From: Armatimonadota bacterium | GTDB taxonomy: Bacteria; Armatimonadota; HRBIN16 | Direction of reading: 5' to 3' | Length of the DNA: 64,000 nt | Assembly: GCA_963677485.1 (NCBI GenBank) | Contig: OY781964.1 | Span: 3,968,001 to 4,032,000, forward strand | Part shown: one piece after another, positions 50,142 through 59,460 of the stretch | Position numbering within the stretch: position 1 is the stretch's first letter | Layout of the letters: each line of letters opens with the position of its first letter | Notes under the pieces: generated by a model | What the model saw: only the letters and a program-made list of their open reading frames with translations | The model's database searches: none | What the model was told of the DNA's origin: nothing | Program-made: the position numbers and the translations under genes

Positions 50142-50297
50142 GATGATAATGTCCGAGAGTATCTCTACGGTCTTGCCCTCCGAAAGCTGAGCTTGAAGCC
50201 TGCCCTCTTATATTCTGCGGGGAACCACACAGTATATGCAACCCACTAAAGTCAGTGTGGTATCGGTCATGAAAGGCGGTATGCATATGCAGGCTGA

Positions 50298-53200
50298 CTA
50301 TAGCTTCTTCACGACGATATGCCGGTAAGAGTTAATCATCGAGTTTTCCATCACGCCGATGCCCACTCGTCCCGTAGCCAGCGAGTTGTCTGTGACCTGT
50401 ATCACCAGTTTACCGTCAGCGTAGCAACGGATGTCAGACCCGTTTGCTACCACACGGAATGTGACCCAGGTGTTAACCCCGATATCGAAAGGCGCCAGCG
50501 ACATAGGGGTCCACTCACCTTTGATCATTTTACTCAGTTCGAGCGAGCGACTATCACCATGGTATCCAAACCGGTAGTAGCTGTCTGGCTCTTGGACCCG
50601 GAAGAACACATAGGACTTCAGCCAGGTGACTTCCGGGAGATCGCTGCCGTCCATCTTGGTAGTGACTTCGATCGAATAGTCGGACCAGTTGGTGTCGCCG
50701 ATGAAAGCCAGGTGAGCAGGACCTGTGACTTCAGCCACTCCCCGAGTTGCGTTCCACTTTCCGCTGGAGATAGACCACTTGCTCATGCTGCCTGAAGTGA
50801 AATCATCGTGAAAGAGATCGTTCGCGGTAAACGGCGTGATCGCATCCACCGGTATCGATACTGTCTGAACCTTTCCGGCAGACTCAGTACGCAGCGATAT
50901 GCTGCCCTGTTGTGCGGCCATCACGTGGCAGTGCGCCATTCGTGTCTCATATGGGTTCAGTGTGAGATGAGGGGTGAGGATGCGAACCGTCCCGTTGCCA
51001 TTCGCGAACGAGCTGCTGATGGCGATAGCTTGAGGACGATCCGTATGGTTCGTGAACTGGATAGACATATCATCACCGCTGGAGTCACGGACAAAAACCG
51101 GGTCAAACGGTGTGACCATTTCTACCGGATCGACGACCCACGCTGAGAATTCGGTAATCTCTGCACCAGCGGATATCTTGAGAGATACCTCACCCTTGGC
51201 AGCGTCTGAAGGTACGGAGATGCTGAAAGTGGTCGTAGATCCTTTAGGCGCCGCCACTCCCCATGGGGTAGTCATCATCACAGGACCTCGGCTTGTGGTC
51301 TTCACTTCAACGGTATTCACTGCCCCGCGTATGAGAACAGGGGGTGTCTGGCGCGTGGTGTCAACCATCGGTTTGGCTGCGAAAACCACCAATGATGCGG
51401 CGATATGCAACGGGATCACTGTGCTAAGGCGATTTCCTGAGCGCGAGAACGGCAGTTCCGTCGCTCCGCGGTAGTCGCCAGACAGCAGATAACAGTGTCG
51501 GATATTACTGGCGTTGGGCACATTCGCTGTGACCTTCACTGCACGCGTCATGGCAGGGCTTGATCCGGCAGATACGACCTGCGTTGGCTTCTCACTCACC
51601 ACAGTGGCCAGATAGTCTCCGTTGGGAGCCTGGAACAGGTTCCCTTGAATGTTTGCCGGCACTGTGATGGCATGTGCTGTCAGTACCCACTTGCGGCCTT
51701 TCATCAGGCGGAACAGCGGAATGTATTTGCTTTCGATGGCTCTTGACGGGCTGCCAGGTGCGGCAGTGGTGGCTCCTGGGAAATAACCGCCAGACAGGCA
51801 CGATTTGAGCTTGATCTCGGTGCTTGTTGCATCCATGTCGTAAGGTAAGCAGATCATGGGCCGTTCGAGGCCGAAGAACTGTGTCAGGTTGGCTGTGTCA
51901 CCTACGGCTTCCGACATGATTCCATCAACGCCTTTGCATACTTCAAGGTTCATAGGACCGTTGGTCCATATACCAAGCTGACGCTTGTGCAGCCTGGCGC
52001 CGATCTCTTTAAGAGCCTTCTCCTGGGCAAACCCCAGCATGTAACAGGCGCGGCCATCCTGCATGGTCAGTCCGTCGTCATGCGAAAAGTCGTAGTCGCG
52101 GTAGTCATCACGGTCCAGAAACACACCGTCGATATCGGCATACGTGGCGATGATCCTGTCGAGTTGTTCAAGAATGGCCTTACCCCACGGCGAGGTCGGG
52201 TCAGGATTCATCAGCCTGCAAAACTGCCAGGCGATCAACGGATTACCTGTGGCATCGCGTGCGATATCCGCCGCGAAATACTTCTCGGTGTACTGGTGCC
52301 AGGCTTCAAATGTTTGATAGTAGAGATAGGTCTGGATTCCATGCTTTTTCCACAGGGCTAGTTCTGAGCGCATGTGGGCCAGGCTGTTTTGATACATCCC
52401 GGGCGTGTCACCCTTCTCCCAGCGGTCCAGGCCGATGGTATCCTGATCCATTGCGACTGCCCAAGTGTCACGATCGGGAAGATAGAGGCCATAAAATGGG
52501 AAGTGGCCGTGCAGCTCTTGCCATGTCACTTCACGTGCGGCGGCATCCACCATGTCGGCCTCAACGCTTGAGGGCCAGCCTTCGGTATACCAGCCTTCGC
52601 CATCAACAACCCGTTTGACCATTGGCCGGAAATAGTCGGGGTAGTTTTTACTCATCCAACCCAAGCCCGGACGCCAGTCACCCTCATGTGGCACCAGGAT
52701 GAGCGTGGCCTTCGCAGGATGATTAACCCCAAGACGCAAGTGGTGGTTGGACACGCGGATGCGTTTTGGTGTGCTGGCCGTCTCCATCGCGAATGTCAGC
52801 CCGGGTTTGGGCACATTTGGTGGAGCGATTAGCGATAACCCTGTGTCGGTCTTGCTGTTGTATACAGAAACCCATGGCATGAATGTGCTGGTGCGGTAAA
52901 GAATCTCTTGAGACCGCATACCAGCAATCTTACAGGGCACGTTAGGAGCCGCCCAAAACGCCTCTTCTGAGGTAGTGAGCACCGGCAGGCGGAAGTCGAT
53001 GTTGGCTTCACGGTCGGAGGATAGAGTGGTGCTTGCTTCCACATCCCATCGCAGTGCATTTTGCGTGATGGTGAACGTCATTGTGAAGGTATAGTCGTTG
53101 TTGATTGTTCTGGAGAAGGCGATGCTGGCTTCAGAGCTGGTCTGATGCGTTTTGGCATCGAGCGGAACTCCGCCATAAATCATGTAACTCATGCCCGTGA

Positions 53201-53396
53201 CTTTATCAATTAACAGCACATCAGCAGGGGCCGATAAAAGCTCTCTTCGGGTGAACAGCGAAAGCAGTTGGCCTGTTTCTTTGGATATGGTGACCCGCAT
53301 TCGCGAGTTTCGCAGCACCCAGGTGTTACCCGACGATACTATTGCGACACCGCCACTTTGGGCTTTCGAAGCCCCTTTATCAATCTTCTCTATCAT
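50298..53396 (-). CDS. Large hypothetical glycoside hydrolase-like protein with C-terminal DUF1080/CBM66-like beta-sandwich
   Basis: N-terminal supersandwich, H.GDWR..L.W, TIM-barrel-like DGVFLD, C-terminal F.DDF..W..G.W...W.DY...GRVGI. Family not resolvable by eye. Confidence 0.55.
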   Translation of the reverse strand: MIEKIDKGASKAQSGGVAIVSSGNTWVLRNSRMRVTISKETGQLLSLFTRRELLSAPADVLLIDKVTGMSYMIYGGVPLDAKTHQTSSEASIAFSRTINNDYTFTMTFTITQNALRWDVEASTTLSSDREANIDFRLPVLTTSEEAFWAAPNVPCKIAGMRSQEILYRTSTFMPWVSVYNSKTDTGLSLIAPPNVPKPGLTFAMETASTPKRIRVSNHHLRLGVNHPAKATLILVPHEGDWRPGLGWMSKNYPDYFRPMVKRVVDGEGWYTEGWPSSVEADMVDAAAREVTWQELHGHFPFYGLYLPDRDTWAVAMDQDTIGLDRWEKGDTPGMYQNSLAHMRSELALWKKHGIQTYLYYQTFEAWHQYTEKYFAADIARDATGNPLIAWQFCRLMNPDPTSPWGKAILEQLDRIIATYADIDGVFLDRDDYRDYDFSHDDGLTMQDGRACYMLGFAQEKALKEIGARLHKRQLGIWTNGPMNLEVCKGVDGIMSEAVGDTANLTQFFGLERPMICLPYDMDATSTEIKLKSCLSGGYFPGATTAAPGSPSRAIESKYIPLFRLMKGRKWVLTAHAITVPANIQGNLFQAPNGDYLATVVSEKPTQVVSAGSSPAMTRAVKVTANVPNASNIRHCYLLSGDYRGATELPFSRSGNRLSTVIPLHIAASLVVFAAKPMVDTTRQTPPVLIRGAVNTVEVKTTSRGPVMMTTPWGVAAPKGSTTTFSISVPSDAAKGEVSLKISAGAEITEFSAWVVDPVEMVTPFDPVFVRDSSGDDMSIQFTNHTDRPQAIAISSSFANGNGTVRILTPHLTLNPYETRMAHCHVMAAQQGSISLRTESAGKVQTVSIPVDAITPFTANDLFHDDFTSGSMSKWSISSGKWNATRGVAEVTGPAHLAFIGDTNWSDYSIEVTTKMDGSDLPEVTWLKSYVFFRVQEPDSYYRFGYHGDSRSLELSKMIKGEWTPMSLAPFDIGVNTWVTFRVVANGSDIRCYADGKLVIQVTDNSLATGRVGIGVMENSMINSYRHIVVKKL

Positions 53397-53509
53397 ATGA
53401 TCTTTTCCTTCCATTAACAGCCTTAGGAAACGGCTGAATTTGGTCTATTATGCCATATTTGGTTATATGTCGCAAAATATAAAACCCAAATGGCTCTGTG
53501 TTATTTTGC

Positions 53510-55423
53510 CTAATGGGCGATGGCCTTCATCAAGTGCATGATGCCGATCTGGCTGAATGCGGTCGATTCGGGATACATATCGAATTTCAGGTTGTCTTCG
53601 ATGCCGTCTTTGTCGCGGTCTTCCACCCAGTTATAAACTCCACCCAGCTCGTTGAACAGCCGCACACCCCAGGGGTTCATACCGCAGAGATATGTCACCA
53701 TCTGTTCGGCGCGAATCCGGTAACGGTCATCGCCGGTCAGTTGGTAGAGCCTGGCGAGGGCGTGTGTCCAGTGCCCGGTCTGGTAGAAGAAGATGAAGTT
53801 GTGGGCTTGCCAGCTACTGCTGTCCACCTCACCCCAGATGTAGGTCATGGTCTCTGGTGTGCGGCGGAGTCCGAAGTGAATCACCTCGCCTTTGAAGTTG
53901 GCGGGTGACACTTTGGCCTTCATCCAAGCATCGGCGACTTCGGTTGCTGATTTACGCCAAGCCTTGGCGTCAGGATGCTTGGGCATCAGCAGGCATCCGT
54001 CGGCCAGAGCGGCGATGGCCATGCTGTCGGTGTTGGGATAGACCTCCCACTGGTGATACGGCTTCTCGAGATCCACGAATGCGTTCAGAGCATCGACACA
54101 GGCCGCCTGGAGGCTCATCTTGCCGTTGGCGGTTTCCACAGGCAAATTGGGTGCGACCTGACATGCTGCCAGCATTCCGACTACCAAGTAGGCGTGTTCA
54201 CCGGCATCACGCCAGTAAAGGTGGCCTTTGGAAGTTCGTTTTGTGTATCCGCCCAGAAGCCCATCCTTGAGGCAAAACTTCACCGTGAGAGGGATCGCGG
54301 CTTTCAGCTTTTCGGCGACAGCGCCTTTAGGGAAGCGGAGGAGTGCTTCGCCCATGCCCCACATGCCACGGCCGTTGAGGCAACCGCCGACGGCGTAGTC
54401 CAGAGACGCCGGGTTGTAGAACCAGCCTTTACCCTCGGTCAGATAGCTGCCATCAGTGAACACCCCATACCGAAACGCCCCCGCAGTGTAGTGTTCCTGC
54501 AAGCCGCGGTGGTCAAGCAGCGCGAAGTTATCAGCCGATTTGTGCTGCATCGCGAGCAGGTTCAGCACGCCTTCCTGCTGCATCTGCGGGAGGTTGTCGT
54601 CCAACAAATTGTTCATGCCGGGACGCATGAGATACATGATCAGCATGTCGGCGAAGTCGTTGCTGAAGGCGTAGGGCATGTAGTTGTCAGAGCTGGTGTT
54701 CTTTGGATCGCCATCCAGCGGGTGGTCGTTGCTTGCGTTGAACCAGGTATCCCATACCGACTGCCAAAAGTTGCGCGCCACGCGGTGGTTGAGCGGCGTC
54801 GACCAGTTCCGGTCGCGATACTGGAACTCGTAGAGCGCCAGGTTTGTCTTGAACCAGCTCAGATCGGCGGGTTTCGCCAGGTCGAAGTCACTGCGGCCCA
54901 CTCCGCAGATTTTGGCGGCGCGGCTGCGCATGTAGAGGTTCATCAAGGCACGCATGTTCGGCCATTCGGTGCTCCGCTGATCGACGTTGCCCTTACGGTC
55001 CTGCAGGTCGTTGGTGAAGGCGGTGGGCAGGTCAGGCGGCGTGCTGCCTGGGCGCGTTACGATGAGCATCGCCTCCGCCTGTTTGTCTGAGGCATCGTAT
55101 GAGTTCGCGGAGGTTGCATCGATGAACAGCACATCGGCTCCCAGTTTGGGAGCCTTCGGGAACTGCCGAGGGTAGAGGCACTCAAACCGGCCATCACGAA
55201 CCGGCAGGCTGATCTGGCTGCTCTGCCCGCGGCTGGTGGTCACGCGCAGAAGCACCCGGCTGCTGCCAGGTGCTTCGCCTTTGATGCTCACATCCGCTTT
55301 GGTGAGGCGTATGATCGCCGATGGCGTCAGCGTGTCATCCAAGGAGACCTCAGGTGCCACGGGCGATTTCGCCCATATCGTGAGGCTGCAGATCAGGCAA
55401 AGCACTGTCATGATGAGACGCAT
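53510..55423 (-). CDS. Secreted hypothetical protein with probable (alpha/alpha)6 glycosidase-like C-terminal domain
   Basis: Signal peptide, GGAGG SD; LARLYQLTGD.RY...A....YL.G.NPWG resembles six-hairpin/GH9-type helices. Confidence 0.55.
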   Translation of the reverse strand: MRLIMTVLCLICSLTIWAKSPVAPEVSLDDTLTPSAIIRLTKADVSIKGEAPGSSRVLLRVTTSRGQSSQISLPVRDGRFECLYPRQFPKAPKLGADVLFIDATSANSYDASDKQAEAMLIVTRPGSTPPDLPTAFTNDLQDRKGNVDQRSTEWPNMRALMNLYMRSRAAKICGVGRSDFDLAKPADLSWFKTNLALYEFQYRDRNWSTPLNHRVARNFWQSVWDTWFNASNDHPLDGDPKNTSSDNYMPYAFSNDFADMLIMYLMRPGMNNLLDDNLPQMQQEGVLNLLAMQHKSADNFALLDHRGLQEHYTAGAFRYGVFTDGSYLTEGKGWFYNPASLDYAVGGCLNGRGMWGMGEALLRFPKGAVAEKLKAAIPLTVKFCLKDGLLGGYTKRTSKGHLYWRDAGEHAYLVVGMLAACQVAPNLPVETANGKMSLQAACVDALNAFVDLEKPYHQWEVYPNTDSMAIAALADGCLLMPKHPDAKAWRKSATEVADAWMKAKVSPANFKGEVIHFGLRRTPETMTYIWGEVDSSSWQAHNFIFFYQTGHWTHALARLYQLTGDDRYRIRAEQMVTYLCGMNPWGVRLFNELGGVYNWVEDRDKDGIEDNLKFDMYPESTAFSQIGIMHLMKAIAH

Positions 55424-55443
55424 CGGATGGCCTCCTGGCTTAG

Positions 55444-56295
55444 TTAGGCGACGAACTCAAACGGAGGGAGCACAGGGATCAGTCCCTGCTCATATGACCG
55501 GGTGAGGAACAGTTCAATCGAACGCTTGCCCGCGTCGCCCAGGTCGAGTGTCCACTCATTGACATACATGCCGACGAACTTGTCAGCGGTGGCGGTGTCC
55601 AGCCCGCGGCCAAAGCTCATGGCATACTCCAGTGCTTCGGTGCGATGGCCCAGTGAATAGGCGATACTTTGATACATCACCTGGCTCATCGCTAGCTTGA
55701 CTTCCTCTGGCAGGTCGCGGCGGATGGTGTTTATACCCAATGGAAGAGGCAGTCCTGTGTCGTTCTTCCACCAAACACCCAGGTCCTGCACTGCAAACAC
55801 CGGGTAGTTGGGATGGGTGAGCTGACCTTCGTGGATGATCACACCGGCTTCCACTTCACCGGAGATCACTGCGGGCATGATGGCATCGAAGTCCATCACC
55901 ACGGTGTTGCAGCCGGGCATGAACAGCTTCAAGGCCAGGTAAGCACTGGTCATTAAACCAGGCACGGCGATGGTCTTGCCTTCCAACTGCTGAGGGGTGA
56001 CATCCTTGCCCGCAATCAGCAGAGGACCGTAACCATCACCCATGCTGGCTCCGTGGGTCAGCACAGCATATTTACCAGCCACATAGGCGTAGGCATGCAC
56101 GGAGATGGCGGTAGTCTCCAGCTTTCCTTCTTTGGCCCATTCGTTCAGCGTTTGTATATCGCGCAGGACATGCTCAAACTGCAGGCCGTAGGTGTCTATC
56201 TTACCTTTGGCGAGGGCGTAGAACATAAAGGCATCATCGGCATCGGGGCTATGGCCGAGTTTTATAGGTGTCGTCCATAAGACGTTGCTTGTCAT
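55444..56295 (-). CDS. mqnD: 1,4-dihydroxy-6-naphthoate synthase (futalosine menaquinone pathway)
   Basis: GHSPD.DDAFMFY, DIQTLN, G.GYGP, IHEGQLT, LPLPLG, MYVN. Confidence 0.9.
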   Translation of the reverse strand: MTSNVLWTTPIKLGHSPDADDAFMFYALAKGKIDTYGLQFEHVLRDIQTLNEWAKEGKLETTAISVHAYAYVAGKYAVLTHGASMGDGYGPLLIAGKDVTPQQLEGKTIAVPGLMTSAYLALKLFMPGCNTVVMDFDAIMPAVISGEVEAGVIIHEGQLTHPNYPVFAVQDLGVWWKNDTGLPLPLGINTIRRDLPEEVKLAMSQVMYQSIAYSLGHRTEALEYAMSFGRGLDTATADKFVGMYVNEWTLDLGDAGKRSIELFLTRSYEQGLIPVLPPFEFVA

Positions 56296-56366
56296 AGTAG
56301 ATCGCTCCTTTGGTTCGCAGTTGCGCACCATTCACCATTTTACACCGGCTGCGGTAAACTGGACAT

Positions 56367-58898
56367 ATGACGGTTACGGAACTATATGACCAATTAATCC
56401 AATCAGTCACTGCAGAATTGACTGCCGCCCAGATGGACCGCAGCAGTCTGAAGTCGCTGCACGCCGTTTCGGCAGAGCGCATCAGCCTTTCCGGCGATCA
56501 GGCGATCTACCAGTTTGAGATACTGAAACAGGCCCACGCCTCGCTGCAGGACGCCCCGGTGACCATCGACACCGGCTCCGAGCACTACGATGGCTCCGTG
56601 ATCACTACCTCCGGATTCTCCATCACGGTAGGCGCGGCGGACATCGGCGAGCATCTGGCCGCCTGCCAGTTGCTGATCGACCTGACCTTCATTTATGAGC
56701 GTCTCATCGAACTGCTTACATACCAAAAAGAACATCCGGAACAGTTCAACATGGAGATGGTCGAAATCCTGTTCGGATTGCGCTCCAACAAGTTGAACGA
56801 ACCGCTGCTTCCTGTGGAAATGTATTACCACACGGAGATGGGGCAGGTGTTGGCTCAGCAGCCGAACACCGAGCAGTTTGAGGTGCTGGACAAGATGGGC
56901 ACCTGGCAGGTTCTGTATGTTTGGGGACCTCCCGGCACCGGCAAGACCACCACTCTGAGCTGGCTGGCGGAACAGTGCATGCGCCGCGATCTGAGTGCGC
57001 TGCTGGTGAGCAACACAAATGTGGCGGTGGACCGGGCATTGGAACGGCTACTGGATTCGGTCGATGCCGATCCGGTGTTGACTCACCGCAGCCGCGACCA
57101 CGATCTGGTGCGGTATGGCATCACGGACAGCCTTCGCCTGAACGAGTTCACCGCCGATATGCACCTGGAACGGCAATACGGAGCGGTGGCTAAGCAGAAC
57201 GCGGCGGAACGCGAGAAGCGGATGCGGAAGTTGATGGAGACCACCAAGCTGGCGGGCTGCACACTGGCGAAGGCCTGCACCGATACACGGCTGAAGGATC
57301 GCCGATTTGATGTGCTTCTTCTGGACGAGGCGAGTATGGCCCCGCTGCCGTATGTGGCCGCTCTGGCGGCTCTGTGCAGCAAGTATGCGGTGATCTGTGG
57401 CGACTTCCGGCAACTGCCCCCAATCAGCATCAGCCAGGCGGAAGTTGCGAAGCGCTGGCTGACCACCGATGTGTTCCTGGAGAGCGGAGTGGTGGACGCC
57501 GAGGGTGTGGTCCAACCCCGCGCTGACCTGTGCAAACTGTATGAACAGCGGCGTATGCTGCAGCCGATCTGCGAGTTGGTGAACAAGCCGATCTACCACG
57601 GAGCTCTTCGCACACCGAAGGAGCTGCAGAAGGCGGGCACGGATTGCCTGGGCGTGGTGGACACCAGCTTCCTGGCTCCTCTGTCCGACCGCACGGCGAA
57701 CTACAGCCATTTCAACCTCATCAGCGCCATGATAACCGTCGGGCTGGTGTTGCACCTGTTCCGAGAGTATCCCAGCTACACCGTGGGAGTGGTCACGCCA
57801 TATGCGGCGCAGGCAAGCATCATCCACGCGCTGATGCTGCAGTTGAAGATGCGTGACGAGGTAAGGGTCAGCACGGTTCACCGCTTCCAGGGCGAGGAAC
57901 GCGACATCATGGTGTTTGACGCCGTGGATGGCGCACCGTTCTGGAGTGCTGGACGCTTCTTGAGGGGCACCTCCGCGGCCGATGAAAGCAGCCGGTTGCT
58001 GAATGTGGCAGTCACACGCGCCCGCAAGGCGTTCTGGTTTGTAGGTGACCTGCGGTATCTGCACCAGAAGCTGCTGCCTAACGCCTTCCTGCGCAACGTG
58101 ATGCAGCAGGCCTGGAACAACGGCACCAAACTGCATCCCAACAACATGCTCTCGCTGCTGTTTCAGGAGGCGGTGGGCATTGAGATCATGGATGTCCAAA
58201 CCGTGATCCCGCTGATGTCCGAGCAGATATTGAAGTCCATCACGCGCCACGAACCCGTCACGCTTTATGAGCCGCTTCTGCACGTTCCTGAGATATTCGA
58301 TGCGGCGGTGCGGGCCGCCAAGGGCGGGTGCTCGGTCAGTATTATCGTCACCGACGGCAAGAAGCCCTCCATGGCGGCATCGGATGCAGAGGCGGCCGGA
58401 TGTGCGCTATTGCCGGTGCCCAGTGCGCAGGGACGGCAGGCGTATCAGGACCAGTGCCTGATCATCGGCAACCGGCAGATATGGTGGGGGAGTGTGACCG
58501 ACCCGCGCAGCCACAGCACATTCTTGAAGATCGATGCGAAGCCGGTGGCCGCGGAGTTGATGTTCCTGCGGAAAGCCAGCCGGTCGACCGCCACCGCGTC
58601 GGATACCCGCAGCTACCTCGAACGCGACCTGATGACGGCGCTTGGCATTAACTGCACCAGGCATGAAGATACCAGCAAGTTGGTGCAGCAGGGTGATGGC
58701 GTGGCGGTGATTTGTGTGGCCAAGGGTTGTTCGTTCCGCCATGTTTTGGGCCTGGACGAATTAAGCGACCAACTGGACGGTAACCTGACCTGTCCCAAGT
58801 GTATGATGGAGCTTCATGCCCGTCCGGCCAAGACCGGGATTAAGGTCAAGTGCTTGAACTGCAGCTTCAAAGGTGAGGTCAAGTTTGACAAAAGCTGA
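56367..58898 (+). CDS. Superfamily 1 (UPF1/DNA2-like) helicase with degenerate PLD-like domain and C-terminal zinc ribbons
   Basis: GPPGTGKT, SNTN.AVD, DEAS, GDFRQLPP, TPY..Q, TVHRFQG.E.D, NVAVTRAR; C-terminal CVAKGC, CPKC and CLNC. Confidence 0.88.
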   Translation: MTVTELYDQLIQSVTAELTAAQMDRSSLKSLHAVSAERISLSGDQAIYQFEILKQAHASLQDAPVTIDTGSEHYDGSVITTSGFSITVGAADIGEHLAACQLLIDLTFIYERLIELLTYQKEHPEQFNMEMVEILFGLRSNKLNEPLLPVEMYYHTEMGQVLAQQPNTEQFEVLDKMGTWQVLYVWGPPGTGKTTTLSWLAEQCMRRDLSALLVSNTNVAVDRALERLLDSVDADPVLTHRSRDHDLVRYGITDSLRLNEFTADMHLERQYGAVAKQNAAEREKRMRKLMETTKLAGCTLAKACTDTRLKDRRFDVLLLDEASMAPLPYVAALAALCSKYAVICGDFRQLPPISISQAEVAKRWLTTDVFLESGVVDAEGVVQPRADLCKLYEQRRMLQPICELVNKPIYHGALRTPKELQKAGTDCLGVVDTSFLAPLSDRTANYSHFNLISAMITVGLVLHLFREYPSYTVGVVTPYAAQASIIHALMLQLKMRDEVRVSTVHRFQGEERDIMVFDAVDGAPFWSAGRFLRGTSAADESSRLLNVAVTRARKAFWFVGDLRYLHQKLLPNAFLRNVMQQAWNNGTKLHPNNMLSLLFQEAVGIEIMDVQTVIPLMSEQILKSITRHEPVTLYEPLLHVPEIFDAAVRAAKGGCSVSIIVTDGKKPSMAASDAEAAGCALLPVPSAQGRQAYQDQCLIIGNRQIWWGSVTDPRSHSTFLKIDAKPVAAELMFLRKASRSTATASDTRSYLERDLMTALGINCTRHEDTSKLVQQGDGVAVICVAKGCSFRHVLGLDELSDQLDGNLTCPKCMMELHARPAKTGIKVKCLNCSFKGEVKFDKS

Positions 58899-58913
58899 GC
58901 GGAGAGTTACAAT
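58885..58913 (+). promoter_or_regulatory. sigma70 promoter for tRNA-Arg (and probably folB)
   Basis: TTGACA-17 bp-TACAAT, 12 nt before the tRNA; overlaps the helicase 3' end. Confidence 0.85.
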
Positions 58914-58925
58914 AACTAGCGCTAA

Positions 58926-59000
58926 GCCCTCGTAGCTCAGTGGATAGAGCACCGGCCTCCGGAGCCGGTGGCGGAGGTTCGATCCCTCTCGAGGGCGCCA
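58926..59000 (+). tRNA. tRNA-Arg (anticodon CCG)
   Basis: Acceptor stem GCCCTCG/CGAGGGC, D-arm GCTC..GAGC, anticodon arm CCGGC-CTCCGGA-GCCGG, TTCGA T-loop, encoded CCA. Confidence 0.97.
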
Positions 59001-59057
59001 ACTTTTCACTTCGTTTCACATTCGCATTTCACCCCAAACACAACAAGGATGGCCGTC

Positions 59058-59414
59058 ATGGATAGCATCTTTTTAGAAGGTATTGAGTTTCAAGCGTATC
59101 ACGGCGTTTCTGACGAAGAACAGGCCACAGGCCATCGCTACCGCGTGGATATCAGCGTGAGCACGGACACCCGTGAGGCGGCGCAGAATGACGACATTGC
59201 GAAGACGGTGAACTACACCGCGATGGGCAAGCTTATATTGCAAATCGGCACCGAGAACCGCTTCCGACTGATCGAGACGCTGGCGGAGCGTATCGCGGAG
59301 CAGACGCTGCAGCAGTTTAATGTGCAGAGTGTCACCGTGACCGTGCGCAAGCTGATGCCCCCCATGCGTGTACTGGCTGCCGCCAGCGGTGTGACCATCA
59401 CCCGCGAGCGTTAG
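59058..59414 (+). CDS. folB: Dihydroneopterin aldolase
   Basis: MD.IFL.G..F.AYHGV..EE...G, D....VNY, LIETLAE.IA, V.V.V.K..P. Confidence 0.93.
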   Translation: MDSIFLEGIEFQAYHGVSDEEQATGHRYRVDISVSTDTREAAQNDDIAKTVNYTAMGKLILQIGTENRFRLIETLAERIAEQTLQQFNVQSVTVTVRKLMPPMRVLAAASGVTITRER

Positions 59415-59460
59415 GCTCGAGGGTGATGAATGGGCGTAACTATACGCTCGGTATCGGCAT

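Noticed and set aside
50160-50290. yybP-ykoY Mn riboswitch upstream of mntP (GCAAGACC present on the minus strand)
   Set aside because: The 5' GGGGAGTAG and CGTCAA loop elements were not found; a single short match is insufficient without an Infernal scan.
33946-58283. Long antisense ORFs (e.g. 33946-35043, 53975-55090, 57048-58283)
   Set aside because: Shadow frames of GC-rich, well-supported genes; no motifs.
58926-59000. tRNA-Arg as an integration site for an island
   Set aside because: No duplicated tRNA 3' end and no integrase seen; folB follows directly.
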